From positions 21,948,001 through 22,012,000 of the forward strand of contig NW_027266269.1 of the NCBI RefSeq assembly GCF_022045235.1: 64,000 nt of DNA, read 5' to 3'. This DNA comes from Haliotis cracherodii (Eukaryota). How positions within the stretch are numbered: the stretch's first letter is position 1; the number at the start of each line of letters is the position of its first letter. Below are positions 13,365-26,100 of the stretch, piece by piece. A program made the position numbers and the translations under genes. The notes below the pieces were generated by a model that saw only the letters and a list, made by a program, of their open reading frames with translations, did no database searches and had not been told where the DNA came from.

Positions 13365-13700
13365 CGTCTAAAACGCGAGAACACGAGAACGCGAGATCGC
13401 GAGAAAATGAAATGTCGCATTCTCGCGTTCTCGCGATTTCGTGTTTTTGTGGCCTAATTTGACAAGTCGAGATTGCGAGATTGCGAGATTTTGCATCATG
13501 TTCAAATGTCGCATTCTCGCGTTGTCGACTTTTGACAAAAATGGCTATGTACCAAAAACACGAGAATGCGAGATCGCGAGAACGCGAGATTTTGGCCAAA
13601 TCCCGCGTTCTCACGATCTCGCATTCTCGTGTTTTTGGCATATTTACCTCGTTTCCAAAGGTCGAGATCGCGAGAATGCGAGAACGCGAGAATGTCCCTT
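13365..13700. repeat. Palindromic GAGAACGC-based repeat related to 6840-7525
   Basis: Same aaaacacgagaa(c/t)gcgaga ... tctcgcgttctcgtgttttt arms with different loops. Confidence 0.7.
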
Positions 13701-13919
13701 ACAGTATTCCATACAAAACAGTCAGTGTAAAGCCTCTATGGCTATGCACCTATAGTCACAGAAATTAAACAAGTTAAAGTCAAATAATATTCCAGACAAT
13801 TAGTACATATGGTGCAAAATCATGGTCCTACCAAGGTGGTCGACGTCGTGTTGAGGTTAAAGATGACTGTTGATTTTCATGTACTCTCTCAAACTGATCA
13901 GCTGCATTTGATAATATTA

Positions 13920-15702
13920 TTTTCAATCTCAGCTCCCTTGGGAGTATACAACTGTCAACAAGGTCTCTGTGATTCATATATTCTCCTTAATAACTCACAG
14001 AACATAACGGTTCTAACATTGTTTGGATGCCGAAGCAAGCTTATAATTGTATATGTATGGCATAAGAGTGCTAAGGGCGCTAATAAGTAACGTAACTCAA
14101 TTGTTACAAGATTATTAGGAGGTGGCTGTCCTCCCTTGTGTATCGCATACATATAAATGCCTTCTGATAGTTTCGTCAGTCTTGTTTGTTTGTGGTTAAA
14201 GGTTGAAAGGGAATGAACTATGTGGCATGCGGACAGAATCCGGAGGGTAGATTGAATTGGGAACTAAATTAAAAGAAGTGAGTAAGTTTGATTTAATGCC
14301 TTTTTGAACAGAATTCCAGTTGAAGCACAGCTCAGTGTGGGAGGAAAACCTTTAAGCTTTGTTCCACATCTGCCTCAATCTGACTGTTAGAAGGATCAGA
14401 ACAAGATACAAACCTTTCTTGAAATATAACCATAAATATATTATTCAGTTCAGAGACCAGTATTATTTAATCTATGATTTTTTAACCGTTTGACACAGTA
14501 ACATTGGTTATTCATGCATACAGGAGGGTCAGATTCCTCAGAAATATCTTTCTTAAACTCAATAGTACAGTAGAGGGGGAAATGGTTTGAAACGTCTATC
14601 TCATAAACACCAAAAGCACTGAAGTGTGGGAATATACCAGTGCTTGCGAAAACTAGTCCGACACGCTGCCACAATGATGAGTTCTAGAAGTGAATTCCCC
14701 ATCTTTACAATCCCATTGTGAGCAGGTAATCCATAGATACAAAATATTTTTGCGAGAGTCAATCCCTAATTGTTCTAATATATAATTGGTAATCATGATC
14801 CCTTATGGTGCTCTATTCCAAGATAGAATTGTAACCAATGTTTGTCGTAGAGGAGACGTAGTGGTTCGGTGTCAGGTTTGGTAGTTTGGAACGTTGCTCA
14901 TTATATCAACCACTGATTTGTCTGGTCCAGATTCGATTATTTACAGGCCACTGTCGTATGGCTGGACTATTGTTGAGTGGGGCGTTTAACAACAAACAAA
15001 CAACACACTTTTGACACTTCAGATCCGCTTTATCTTTTTTCTCAGGGGTCGCTATATGGCTGAAATAATGCCGATGCGACCTTAAATTTTAACTCACTCA
15101 CTCTTTCTCAGGGATAGGCACAGTCGCTGTGTAGAGTTGTGTCACTTGGGCACGCCAGAAACTTAAGATCGTGGGTTCGAATCCCTGTTTGCTCCGATTA
15201 TGTTTCTATATTTGTCAGCAACATACCCGTGCTCCGAGGTTTCACCTAAGTGGTTAGAATTGCACCACTTTGGGTATTCCTCCAACGTTGAGCTGTGCTT
15301 CAACTGGAATTCTGTTCAAAGAGGCATTAAACCAAACTTACTCACTTCTTTTAATTTAGTCCCCAATTCAAACTACCCTCCGGATTCTGTCCGCATGCCA
15401 CATAGTTCATTCCCTTTCAACCTTTAACCACAAACAAACAAGACTGACGAAACTATCAGGAGGCATTTATATGTATGCGATACACAAGGGAGGACAGCCA
15501 CCTCCTAATAATCTTGTAACAATTGAGTTACGTTACTTATTAGCGCCCTTAGCACTCTTATGCCATACATATACAATTATAAGCTTGCTTCGGCATCCAA
15601 ACAATGTTAGAACCGTTATGTTCTGTGAGTTATTAAGGAGAATATATGAATCACAGAGACCTTGTTGACAGTTGTATACTCCCAAGGGAGCTGAGATTGA
15701 AA
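13920..15702. repeat. Long inverted repeat: arms about 13920-14346 and 15276-15702 (about 425 bp), spacer about 930 bp
   Basis: The ORF track gives the identical 65-aa translation on opposite strands (13955-14152 minus; 15471-15668 plus). Arms differ at only a few positions. Confidence 0.9.
14450..14700 (-). mobile_element. Decayed LINE endonuclease fragment
   Basis: Translation ...FGVYEIDVSNHFPLYCTI resembles the terminal SDH motif of APE-type LINE endonucleases. Confidence 0.45.
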
Positions 15703-16260
15703 ATTGAGCGCACACTGAGCCATTAACCGGGGTAATAATAGTGCACGCTAAGAGGAAACACGGGAATTGGGTAAAGGGCTTTTTGAGACTCCTCATTATT
15801 AAAAATAATATCATTATTATATTTAAATTTATTATTTATTGTAAGATTGAGACCGGCAAGACAATGTTACTCAACATGGTTCAGAATGCCACAGCACTCT
15901 TCTGGTTTCCTATCCAACTTTTGTACTCTCACCTACACACTACCTTTCTGGTATATACACTGAACGAAAAGGTATGTTTGCCATTATCGAAACAGAATTG
16001 GAAACGTAGTGAGAGTTTGTAGTTTAAAATGGATGATGCCCACATGTGTTAATCTTGGCCTTGAGTGAAGAAGACCCATGCGTACTTTATAATGTAGGGT
16101 TGGCGCTGCAATTAATTTAAAGAAAATGAATTTTATTGCTCGCGTAGATCTAATTACGGCAATAAGTTACATTAAAGTAAAATCGAATTGATAACATGTC
16201 CACTACCTCGAATATCTTTGTCATAAAGAAACAAGTTTTACACACACGTTGTTATGTATA

Positions 16261-16378
16261 TTTATTGTACATATTTCAAAGTAAGGTTGATTTTAAAGTA
16301 TACAATACACAATGTACATAATCTCGACGTATATTGTAAAATATTCCCTTTGCAATTCATAAATATCGATGATTTATT
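16261..16378 (-). terminator. Candidate polyadenylation signals (AATAAA) of the giant gene
   Basis: tttatt on the + strand at 16373-16378 and 16261-16266, 500-620 nt downstream of the stop. The region is AT-rich, so chance matches are possible. Confidence 0.3.
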
Positions 16379-16879
16379 ATGGCACACCTTACATGTTTTA
16401 TGTCATAGAGATGACTATGCTTCTGTTGAATCCTGTTCCTATCGTATATATTTGGACTCTTAACATCACATATTTCGGCCCCAACATATTGGACATAACA
16501 TCTGTATGTATTTTGCAGGGAGGTAACGTAGCTTTGTTTTGCATACATCTGTAGTTTTGCATACATTAGTACTGTCTACACATAATCGAGTCATGGGCAC
16601 TTCGATTCATATCTACTTTGATTCAACAGAGCACATGTTCAATCAGTTCCATCGTTGATGTCATCAATGACAGGTGTTCCAAAGTTCATAAGCGTATGAC
16701 ATTCGTGTCATTACGAACAAACGCCTACAGTGTAACGATCTACCAGACACAATTCACGCCAATGTAATATCCTCCACGCTAGCGCATTAACCGCACACTA
16801 ATGTTCATGTTGTGCATATGATTCATGTCTGAATCATATGGTGATTCATGTCTGAGTGAAATGGTTACCCTCGATGCCA

Positions 16880-17188
16880 TCAAGCTGCTGCAGTTGCAGC
16901 TTTTGTGGTGGGCTGGGCAGCGTTGATGTGTTCAAGGATCTCAGTCGTGTCCAAAATCTCTCCAGGTTCCAGCACATTCTTTGTAGCGTCATCTATACAG
17001 TAGCAAGTGCACATAGTGAACTCGCACCTGTTGCCTGTACAGGAATGACCGCAGTATTGCTTTAGCTCCATGGCGTTTTGGAATTCCCATTTCTCCCCTG
17101 GGTAAATTGCCGGTGGGCTAGGGTCTCCAGAAGATGACTGGCACCATGTGTTCCTCCTTGTGGGAGGACAGTTGGGGATTAAAGGATT
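16880..17188 (-). CDS. Exon 7 (terminal): 8-Cys module and stop
   Basis: Acceptor tgtgtccttttttcag|AAT (phase 0). Encodes NCPP...WCQ...[20 protein letters not shown]; TGA at 16882-16880. Confidence 0.82.
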   Translation of the reverse strand, partial: NPLIPNCPPTRRNTWCQSSSGDPSPPAIYPGEKWEFQNAMELKQYCGHSCTGNRCEFTMCTCYCIDDATKNVLEPGEILDTTEILEHINAAQPTTKAATAAA

Positions 17189-20100
17189 CTGAAAAAAGGA
17201 CACACATTATTTTGAGAGCACAATCGGGAAGATATTTAATTTCTGTTGGCATTTTCGTATGTCATAAAGACACAACAAACAACTGTGGCACCTACATTGT
17301 TACATTAATTTTGATTCCCAATATATGAAGTTGACGGTAGCCTCGGGACAATTTGGATCAATCCAGTGGGTTCCACTGTCGCACCGTAGACACGTTCATC
17401 CCGCATGGTTGTGATAGAGAACTTCTTAAAACACCCTCGTAAACCATAATTCACTCTGTCAAAATCGGTCATTGGAGTTGTTTTGTGCCACAATCAGCGC
17501 TATTGCAGTATGTGATGCTGACATTGAACAATGAATAGATTCTGGACCAGAGAGATACGTGTTTCATGTCAAGAGCAACGATCTCATGGGGCACCAGAAA
17601 TTTGAAAAAAATGAAAAAGTAAAATATTACAATTTACACTATTGGGCCAATGGACTAGTCATGAACAATACAACGAATTGCACCTCCTTATATCACACTC
17701 CAAAAATATCAAACACACACGAGTCATAAATGAGTGAGTGAGTAAGGTTGTACGCCGCATTTAGCAATATTCCAGCAACATCACGGCGGGGGACACAACA
17801 AATGAGGCTCGAACATCGAGTCTCCAGGTGGAGAATGGAACCCGGAACTTCGGCATGACCTGAGAACGCTTTAAAGGGGAAGTGTACACGCAAAAATCAC
17901 TTTACAAAAGTAGGATACGAAACTTAATATACACTAATTGTTTTTCACAGTGAAAGTTGGAAGCTCACAATAGTGTGAAAGTGATATGCCCTTATGAGGC
18001 CTTCGTTTAACGAGCGAAATAGGCCTGAGTTATCCCCCTTAGATTATGACGTAATTGGTGCCAATTCAACTGGGTCCCTGTCTATTCTCAACGCAAAAGA
18101 TGTCAAGGACCAGTTTGCGGTAAAACAACATGGTCAACGACACACTCCGGCGCAGTGGTGACTCAGCATAACACAATTCTGGCTGGCATCTGAGATGCTA
18201 GAATCACAAAACTGTACCTACACCACGTGAAGCGGCTCTAACAAAGCATGATGACGTCATAATGTTTATCAATTGGCACCAATGACGTCATATTGCAAGG
18301 GGCATAAGCCATGGTGTTTTTGTTATGGAAATAGAACACTTGGTAAATGTGAAAAATATAAATCGTTTTAGTGCAAAAAATATGTTAATTAAATATGATG
18401 TTTTTATATTTTTGTCTATGACACTTCTATGTTAACACATTTGATGTGGAAAAAGTACAAGAAAAAATGGTTCATTTCCGTGTGAACTTGCCCTTTAACC
18501 ACTTAGCTACCCAACCGCCCTCAACAACTGAAACTGCCATCCATAAAGCTTACAAAAGAAGTGACACTTACGACTGTAGTAGTGGTCGGTGCTTGGGTAG
18601 TCGTGAAAGGCACCGGAATGTTCCTGCTGATGACGTCAGCCAGAGGTGACTGGAGCAGCTGCTGAGCCCGCGACCCCCCAAGGGAGACCACTTGACGATA
18701 CAGACTGATCAGCTTGTTGATGGTGGCCGCCAGAAGGTTGTCATGAGTCTGGTGAAGCTGCTGTGGCTGGTGGGCATGGACGTTGTACACAGGAAGCGGC
18801 TGGATTGCTGGAGACGGCGCTGAACCTGTGTAAGGACAGAATGGCATCACCGTTGTGCTGAAGATTTTCACCGTATTTTGATGGTTAACTATATCCTTCT
18901 ACAGAATATTCACTTTTTGTGTAAGTTAATTGAAACATTCTACTGAGTATTCACGTCATACAGTAGGTTATCTGTAACATTTTGTTGAGTATTACGGTAT
19001 TGCAATGGTAAACTGTAACATTCTACAAGGAATTCACCGTATTGTGAAGGTTAACTGTATCCTTCTACAGAATATTCACTTTTTGTGTAAGTTAATAGAA
19101 ACATTCTACAGAGTATTCACGTCATACAGTAGGTTCCCTGTGACATTTTGTTGAGTATTACGGTATTGCAATGGTAAACTGTAACATTCTACAAAGTATT
19201 CACCGTATTGTGAAGGTTAAATACCCTTCTACAGAATATTCACTTTTTGTGTAAGTTAATAGAAACATTCTACATAGTATTCACGTCATACAGTAGGTTA
19301 TCTGTAACATTTTGTAGAGTATTACGGTATTGCAATGGTAAACTGTAACATTCTACAAAGTATTCACCGTATTGTGAAGGTTAAATACCCTTCTACAGAA
19401 TATTCACTTTTTGTGTAAGTTAATAGAAACATTCTACATAGTATTCACGTCATAGAGTAGGTTATCTGTAACATTTTGTAGAGTATTTACAGTATTACAA
19501 TGGTAAACTGTAACATTCTACAACGTATTCACCGTATTGGGAAGGTTAACTATCCTTCTACAGAATATTCACTTTTTGTGTAAGTTAATAGAAACATTCT
19601 ATTTACGTCATACAGTAGGTTATCTGTAACGTTTTGTGGAGTATTACGGTATTGCAATGATAAACTGTAACATTCTACAAAGTATTCACAATATTGTGTA
19701 GGTTAACGATACTATCTGTAGGTATTCACAGTATCATGTGGTCTAACAGTAACACATTGCACATTGTTTGGTTGTACTTCAATGGAGTATTCATCAATAT
19801 TTGATTCTGTCACTTTGAATTTGGCTGCTGATTGGGCGACATTTCTATTTTATTATTTCATGGCGAGATTGTCTAGAAACAACTGCTCATATTCATAAGA
19901 AATGTATGTTGTTTTAATTTTTCAAGTTTAAGTGTGAGAATAAGAGGAGGTAGTAATGTCTAGGTTGCATTGTGGTTATGACTTTAATGTCGTGTCAATC
20001 TCATTGTGTTGATCCTGTAAATACTACTACAGCTTTTGTAAATAACTTTATGGACCTGTGGAGATCCGGGGTAGAATAGGTCTTCAGTTACCCATGCTTG

Positions 20101-23100
20101 CCGTAAAAGGCGACTATGCTTGTCGTAAAAGGCGACTAACGGGATCGGTAGTCAGGATCGCTGACTTGGTCGATGAATGTCATCGTATCCCAATTGCGTG
20201 GATCGATGCTGATGATGTAATTCACTAGATTGTCTGGTCAAGACTCGATCATTTACAGACCGCCGTCATATGGCTGGAATATTGCCGAGTGCGACGTTAA
20301 ACCACCAACAAACAAACAAAGAATTTTATGACATGTCATCGTCAAACCATTGACAGCCAGTGTTTGGTAAGAGACTTGCGCCCAAGATTGTTAAAAATAA
20401 CATTTGTACCAAAAAGATACGAGAAACAAATTTGCCTCCGGTTTTACTCAAAAGAATAGTTATTCGCTAGAAATGTCTGATGGTCTGAAAAAATATGCTG
20501 TTAAGTTTTTTTAAATAGAATTGAAGCAGTAACGAAAATCATTTTCTGACTCCCCCAGAATATGTAGTCCCATACTAATTGTTGAAGCTGTGTTTTGCTT
20601 TACGGTTGTACACTTTGTAACAATGACTACACAATTAATATGAATGAAGTAGCATTCCACTTTCGAACAGAGACACTCGCATTTAGTACTTACCACCCTG
20701 TTGGCTCACTGAAGGGCTGTCCTGCTGAATGGGGGCCATGTACTGGCCGACACTTGTAGAAAGACTGGATGGGTACTGACTTCTTGGATACTGGTGGTTG
20801 AACTGGGTAAAACGTGTACCGGTCACTCCAGACTGAGAGACACGTTGGGTAGGATTAGGATAGCTTGCTGTAAACTGTTGGGTAGATGCTCCAGTTTGTT
20901 GGACAGTGTTGGCGTAGCTTCCCGTGTTGGACGGGATAGACGCAGTTGCTCCAGTCTGTTGGGCAGTGTTGATGTAGCTTCCCCTGTTGGACGGCACAGA
21001 CGCAGCTGCTCCAGTCTGTTGGGCAGTGTTGATGTAGCTTCCCGCGTTGGACGGCACAGACGCAGTTGCTCCAGTCTGTTGGGCAGTGTTGATGTAGCTT
21101 CCCGTGTTGGACGGGATAGACGCAGTTGCTCCAGTCTGTTGGACATAGTTGGTGTAGCTTCCCGTGTTGGACGGCACAGATGCAGTTGCTCCAGTCTGTT
21201 GGGCAGTGTTGGTGTAGCTTCCCGTGTTGGACGGGACATACACAGTTGCTCCAGTCTGTTGGGCAGTGTTGGTGTAGCTTCCCGTGTTGGACGGGACAGA
21301 CGCAGTTGCTCCAGTCTGTTGGGCAGTGTTGGTGTAGCTTCCCGTGTTGGACGGCACAGACGCAGTTGCTCCAGTCTGTTGGGCAGTGTTGGTGTAGCTT
21401 CCCCTGTTGGACAGGACCGGCGCAGTTGCTCCAGTCTGTTGGGCACTGTTGGTGTAGCTTCCCGTGTTGGACGGGACAGACGAAGTTGCTCCAGTCTGTT
21501 GGTCAGTGTTGGCGTAGCTTCCCGTGTTGGACGGGACATACACAGTTGCTCCAGTCTGTTGGGCACTGTTGGTGTAGCTTCCCGTGTTGGACGGGACAGA
21601 CGCAGTTGCTCCAGTCTGTTGGGCAGTGTTGGTGTAGCTTCCCGTGTTGGACGGCACAGACGCCGTTGCCCCGGTCTGTTGGACCGTGTTGGTGTAACTT
21701 CCCGTGTTGGACGGGACAGACGAAGTTGCTCCAGTCTGTTGGGCACTGTTGGTGTAGCTTCCCGTGTTGGACAGGACAGGCGCAGTTGCTCCAGTCTGTT
21801 GGGCAGTGTTGGTGTAGCTTCCCGTGTTGGACGGGACAGACGAAGTTGCTCCAGTCTGTGGGTCAGTGTTGGCGTAGCTTCCCGTGTTGGACGGGACATA
21901 CACAGTTGCTCCAGTCTGTTGGGCACTGTTGGTGTAGCTTCCCGTGTTGGACGGGACAGACGCAGTTGCTCCAGTCTGTTGGACAGTGTTGGTGTAACTT
22001 CCCGTGTTGGACGGCACAGACGCAGTTGCTCCAGTCTGTTGGACAGTGTTGGTGTAGCTTCCCGTGTTGGACGGCACAGACGCAGTTGCCCCGGTCTTTT
22101 GGGCAGTGTTGGTGTAACTTCCCGTGTTGGACGGGACAGACGAAGTTGCTCCAGTCTGTTGGGCAGTGTTGGTGTAGCTTCCCGTGTTGGACGGGACAGA
22201 CGAAGTTGCTCCAGTCTGTTGGGCAGTGTTGGTGTAGCTTCCCGTGTTGGACGGGACAGACGCAGTTGCTCCAGTCTGTTGGGCAGTGTTGGTGTAGCTT
22301 CCCGTGTTGGACGGGACAGACGCAGTTGCTCCAGTCTGTTGGGCAGTGTTGGTGTAGCTTCCCGTGTTGGACGGGACAGATGCAGTTGCTCCAGTCTGTT
22401 GGGCAGTGTTAATGTAGCTTCCCGTGTTGGACGGCACAGATACAGTTGCCCCGGTCTGTTGGTCAGTGTTGGTGTAGCTTCCCGTGTTGGACGGGACAGA
22501 CGCAGTTGCTCCAGTCTGTTGGACAGTGTTGGTGTAACTTCCCGTGTTGGACGGCACAGACACAGTTGCTCCAGTCTGTTGGGCAGTGTTGGTGTAGCTT
22601 CCCGTGTTGGACGGCACAGACGCAGCTGCTCCAGTCTGTTGGGCAGTGTTGGTGTAGCTTCCCGTGTTGGACGGGACAGACGCAGTTGCTCCAGTCTGTT
22701 GGACAGTGTTGGTGTAACTTCCCGTGTTGGACGGCACAGACACAGCTGCTCCAGTCTGTTGGGCAGTGTTGGTGTAGCTTCCCGTGTTGGACGGGACGGA
22801 CGAAGTTGCTCCAGTCTGTTGGGCAGTGTTGATGTAGCTTCCCGTGTTGGACGGGACAGACGCAGTTGCCCCGGTCTGTTGGGCAGTGTTGATGTAGCTT
22901 CCCGTGTTGGACGGCACGGACGCAGTTGCTCCAGTCTGTTGGACAGTGTTGGTGTAGCTTTCCGTGTTGGACGGCACAGACGCAGCTGCTCCAGTCTGTT
23001 CGGCAGTGTTGATGTAGCTTCCCGTGTTTGACGGCACAGACACAGTTGCTCCAGTCTGTTGGGCAGTGTTGGTGTAGCTTCCCGTGTTTGACGGCACAGA

Positions 23101-26100
23101 TGCAGTAGCTCCAGTCTGTTGGACATAGTTGGTGTAGCTTCCCGTGTTGGATGCAGCAGTTTCAGGTGCGGAGGTTGGACCATTATTTCCAGGAGCAATT
23201 ACAGTGGCTGCCACATAAGGTGTAATATTTACACTTGCAGTAGAAGCAATTTCAGGTTCGGCAGTTGGCCCTGTACTTCCAGATCCGCCAACATTGGTTG
23301 CCGTAACTGTTACAGAAGGTGTAGACTCAGCAGTAGGAGTGGTTTCAGGTTCGGCAGTTGGCCCTGCACTTCCGGATCCACCAACATTGGTTGCCGTAAC
23401 AGCCTCAGAAGCTGTAGTCTTGGCACTTGCAGCAGAAGCAGTTTCAGGTTCGGCAGATGGCCCTGTATTTCCAGATCCGCCAACATTGGTTGCCGTAGCT
23501 GCTACAGAAGGTGTAGTCTCAGCAGTAGAAGCAATTTCAGGTTCGGCAGTTGGCCCTGCACTTCCGGATCCGCCAACATTGGTTGCCGTAACTACTACAG
23601 TAGGTGTAGTCTCAGCAGTAGGAGTGGTTTCAGGTTCGGTAATTGGTCCGCCAACATTACTTGCAGTACCTGTCAATGCAGATGTAGAAGCTGTTCCAGG
23701 TGCGGACGTTGGAGCTAAGCTTCCAGTGGCACCAACATTGGTTGCAAGGACTACAGCATCAGACGCAGTGTAACCAGAATTGTTATTTGTGGTTCCCGAA
23801 GATGATGTTCCAATAGTATTTGTTAGAGAACCCTCATGCCCAGTATAGCCTATCAGTGTGTTAGAATTGACTCCTGAGACTGAATTACCCATACTATTAG
23901 CTGAAGCACCTGCTTCGGGTGGAGAGGTGGTGTCCCTGGTAGCCGTCACGCCAATATTAAAGACAGAGTTTGAACCTGATGTTGCTTGCTGGCCAGTGAA
24001 GGGAATAGCATTAGCATCAAGAACAATCTTCATTGTGTTCGAAACTGGAACCTCCACGTTAGAACCAGGAGCCCCTGGGTAGTAAACAGATTCAGCGTTG
24101 TTGGGAACAGGTGCCGAACTAGAAATAGGGGCTTCTCCAGACACTTTCGAAGCGGACTCTATATTACCAGACTGTGTGTTAGTGCCTGTGGAAGTTGAAC
24201 TGGCTCCATTTGTTGTAGTAATAGCGTTTGCTGTTTGTGTGTTTGAGACCGTGCCTCCACTAATTGCAGCAATATTACTGGTGTCAGCATTAACATTATT
24301 TACACCATCGAAAGTTGTTGGCGTGTTTGACCCACTGTTAGCTGTTCCCTCTCGTGTTGACTGAATGTAGAGAGAGTAAGCGGTTGAGCCAGTTGGAGAT
24401 GCTGCACCCGTAATTGTATTCCCAAACAAGACAGAACTGGTGGGGCCTGTGGCGTCATTACTGTTTGTAGCTGCTGGTTGCGTGGCAGCATTGATCGTTG
24501 TCGCAGCTTGTTGCGTGGCAGCTTGTTGTGTCGCAGCTTGTTGCGTGGCAGCTTGTTGTGTGGCAGCTTGTTGCGTGGAAGCATTGTTGGTTATTGCAGC
24601 TTGTTGCGTGGCAGCTTGTTGCGTGGCAGCTTGTTGCGTGGCAGCATTATTGGTTGTTGCAGCTTGTTGAGTGGCGTCATAACTGCCTGTGGCAGCTTGT
24701 TGCGTGGCAACATAGTTGGTTGTTGTAGCTTGTTGCGTGGCGTCATAACTGCCTGTGGCAGCTGGTTTAGTAGCAGCATTGTTGGTTATGGCAGCTGGTT
24801 GTGAGGCAGCGAAGTTGGTTGTTGCGGCTTGTTGCGTGGCAGCTTGTTGCGTGGCAGCATTATTGGTTGTCGCAGCTTGTTGTGTGGGGTCATAACTGCC
24901 TGTGGCAGCTTGTTGCATAGCGTCATTACTACCTATGGCAGCTTGTTGCGTGGCAACATAGTTGGTTGCTGCAGCTTGTTGAGTGGCGTCATAACTGCCT
25001 GTGGCAGCTGGTTGTGTGGTAGCATTGTTGGTTGTGGCAGCTGGTTGTGAGACAGCGATGTTGGTTGTTGCGGCTGGTTGTGTGGCAGCATAGTTTGTTG
25101 TTGCGGCTTGTTGCGTGGCAGCTTGTTGCGTGGCAGCATTATTGATTGTCGCAGCTTGTTGTGTGGGGTCATAACTGCCTGTGGCAGCTTGTTGCATAGC
25201 GTCATTACTACCTATGGCAGCTTGCTGCGTGGCAACATAGTTGGTTGCAGCTTGTTGTGTGGCGTCATAACTGCCTGTGGCACCTGGTTGTGTGGCAGTT
25301 TGTTGCGTGGCAGCATAGTTGGTTGTTGCAGCTTGTTGCGAGGCGTCACTACCTGTGGCAGCTTGCTGCGTGGCAGCATAGTTGGTTGTGGCAGCTTTTT
25401 GCGTGGCGTCATTACTACCTATGGCAGCTTGTTGCGTGGAAACAAAGTTGGTTGTTGCAGCTTTTTGGGTGGCGTCATAACTGCCTGTGGCAGCTTGTTG
25501 CGTGGCGTCATTACTACCTGTGGCAGCTTGTTGCGCGGCAACATATTTGGTTGTTGCAGCTTGTTTCGTGGCGTCATAACTGCCTGTGGCAGCTGGTTGT
25601 GTGGCAGCATTGTTGGTTGTTGCAGCTGACTGGGTTGTGTCATAACTGCTAGTGACAGCCGATCCGGTGACGTCACTGACAGTGACAACCGGTTGTGTGG
25701 CAGTGTTGATTGTTTGCCCTGGCGCCACAGTAGATAAAGAAGGATGAACAGTTGAATCAGTCAGTGGCAGGGAAGCTGCACTTGAATGAAGTAAACTCGA
25801 AATATGACTTGGGGATGCATAAACTACCTCTGGACTACCTTGAGATTGTGAAGTGAAGGCACGTGTCGCTTCCGTGGCATGCGTTGTTACTAATATTTCG
25901 CCGGAAGGTAGAGGAGCATTTGCAGTGTTTCCTGCCATCGCTGTATGCGTTACTGTCACAGACCCTGAGCCCGATTCAAAGGTAGGTGTCTGGGTGATCT
26001 TAGATGCATCGGAGGCAGCAGCAGCTGTTGGTGGTTGGTTTGATGTGAAGAAACTACTGGATCCTGACTTGCTTAAATCGGTACGCGATGCTATTGTTTG

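Noticed and set aside
15440-15460. CTGACGA/GAAAC hammerhead-like core
   Set aside because: The two motifs overlap with no stem II and no flanking helices; just a small hairpin.
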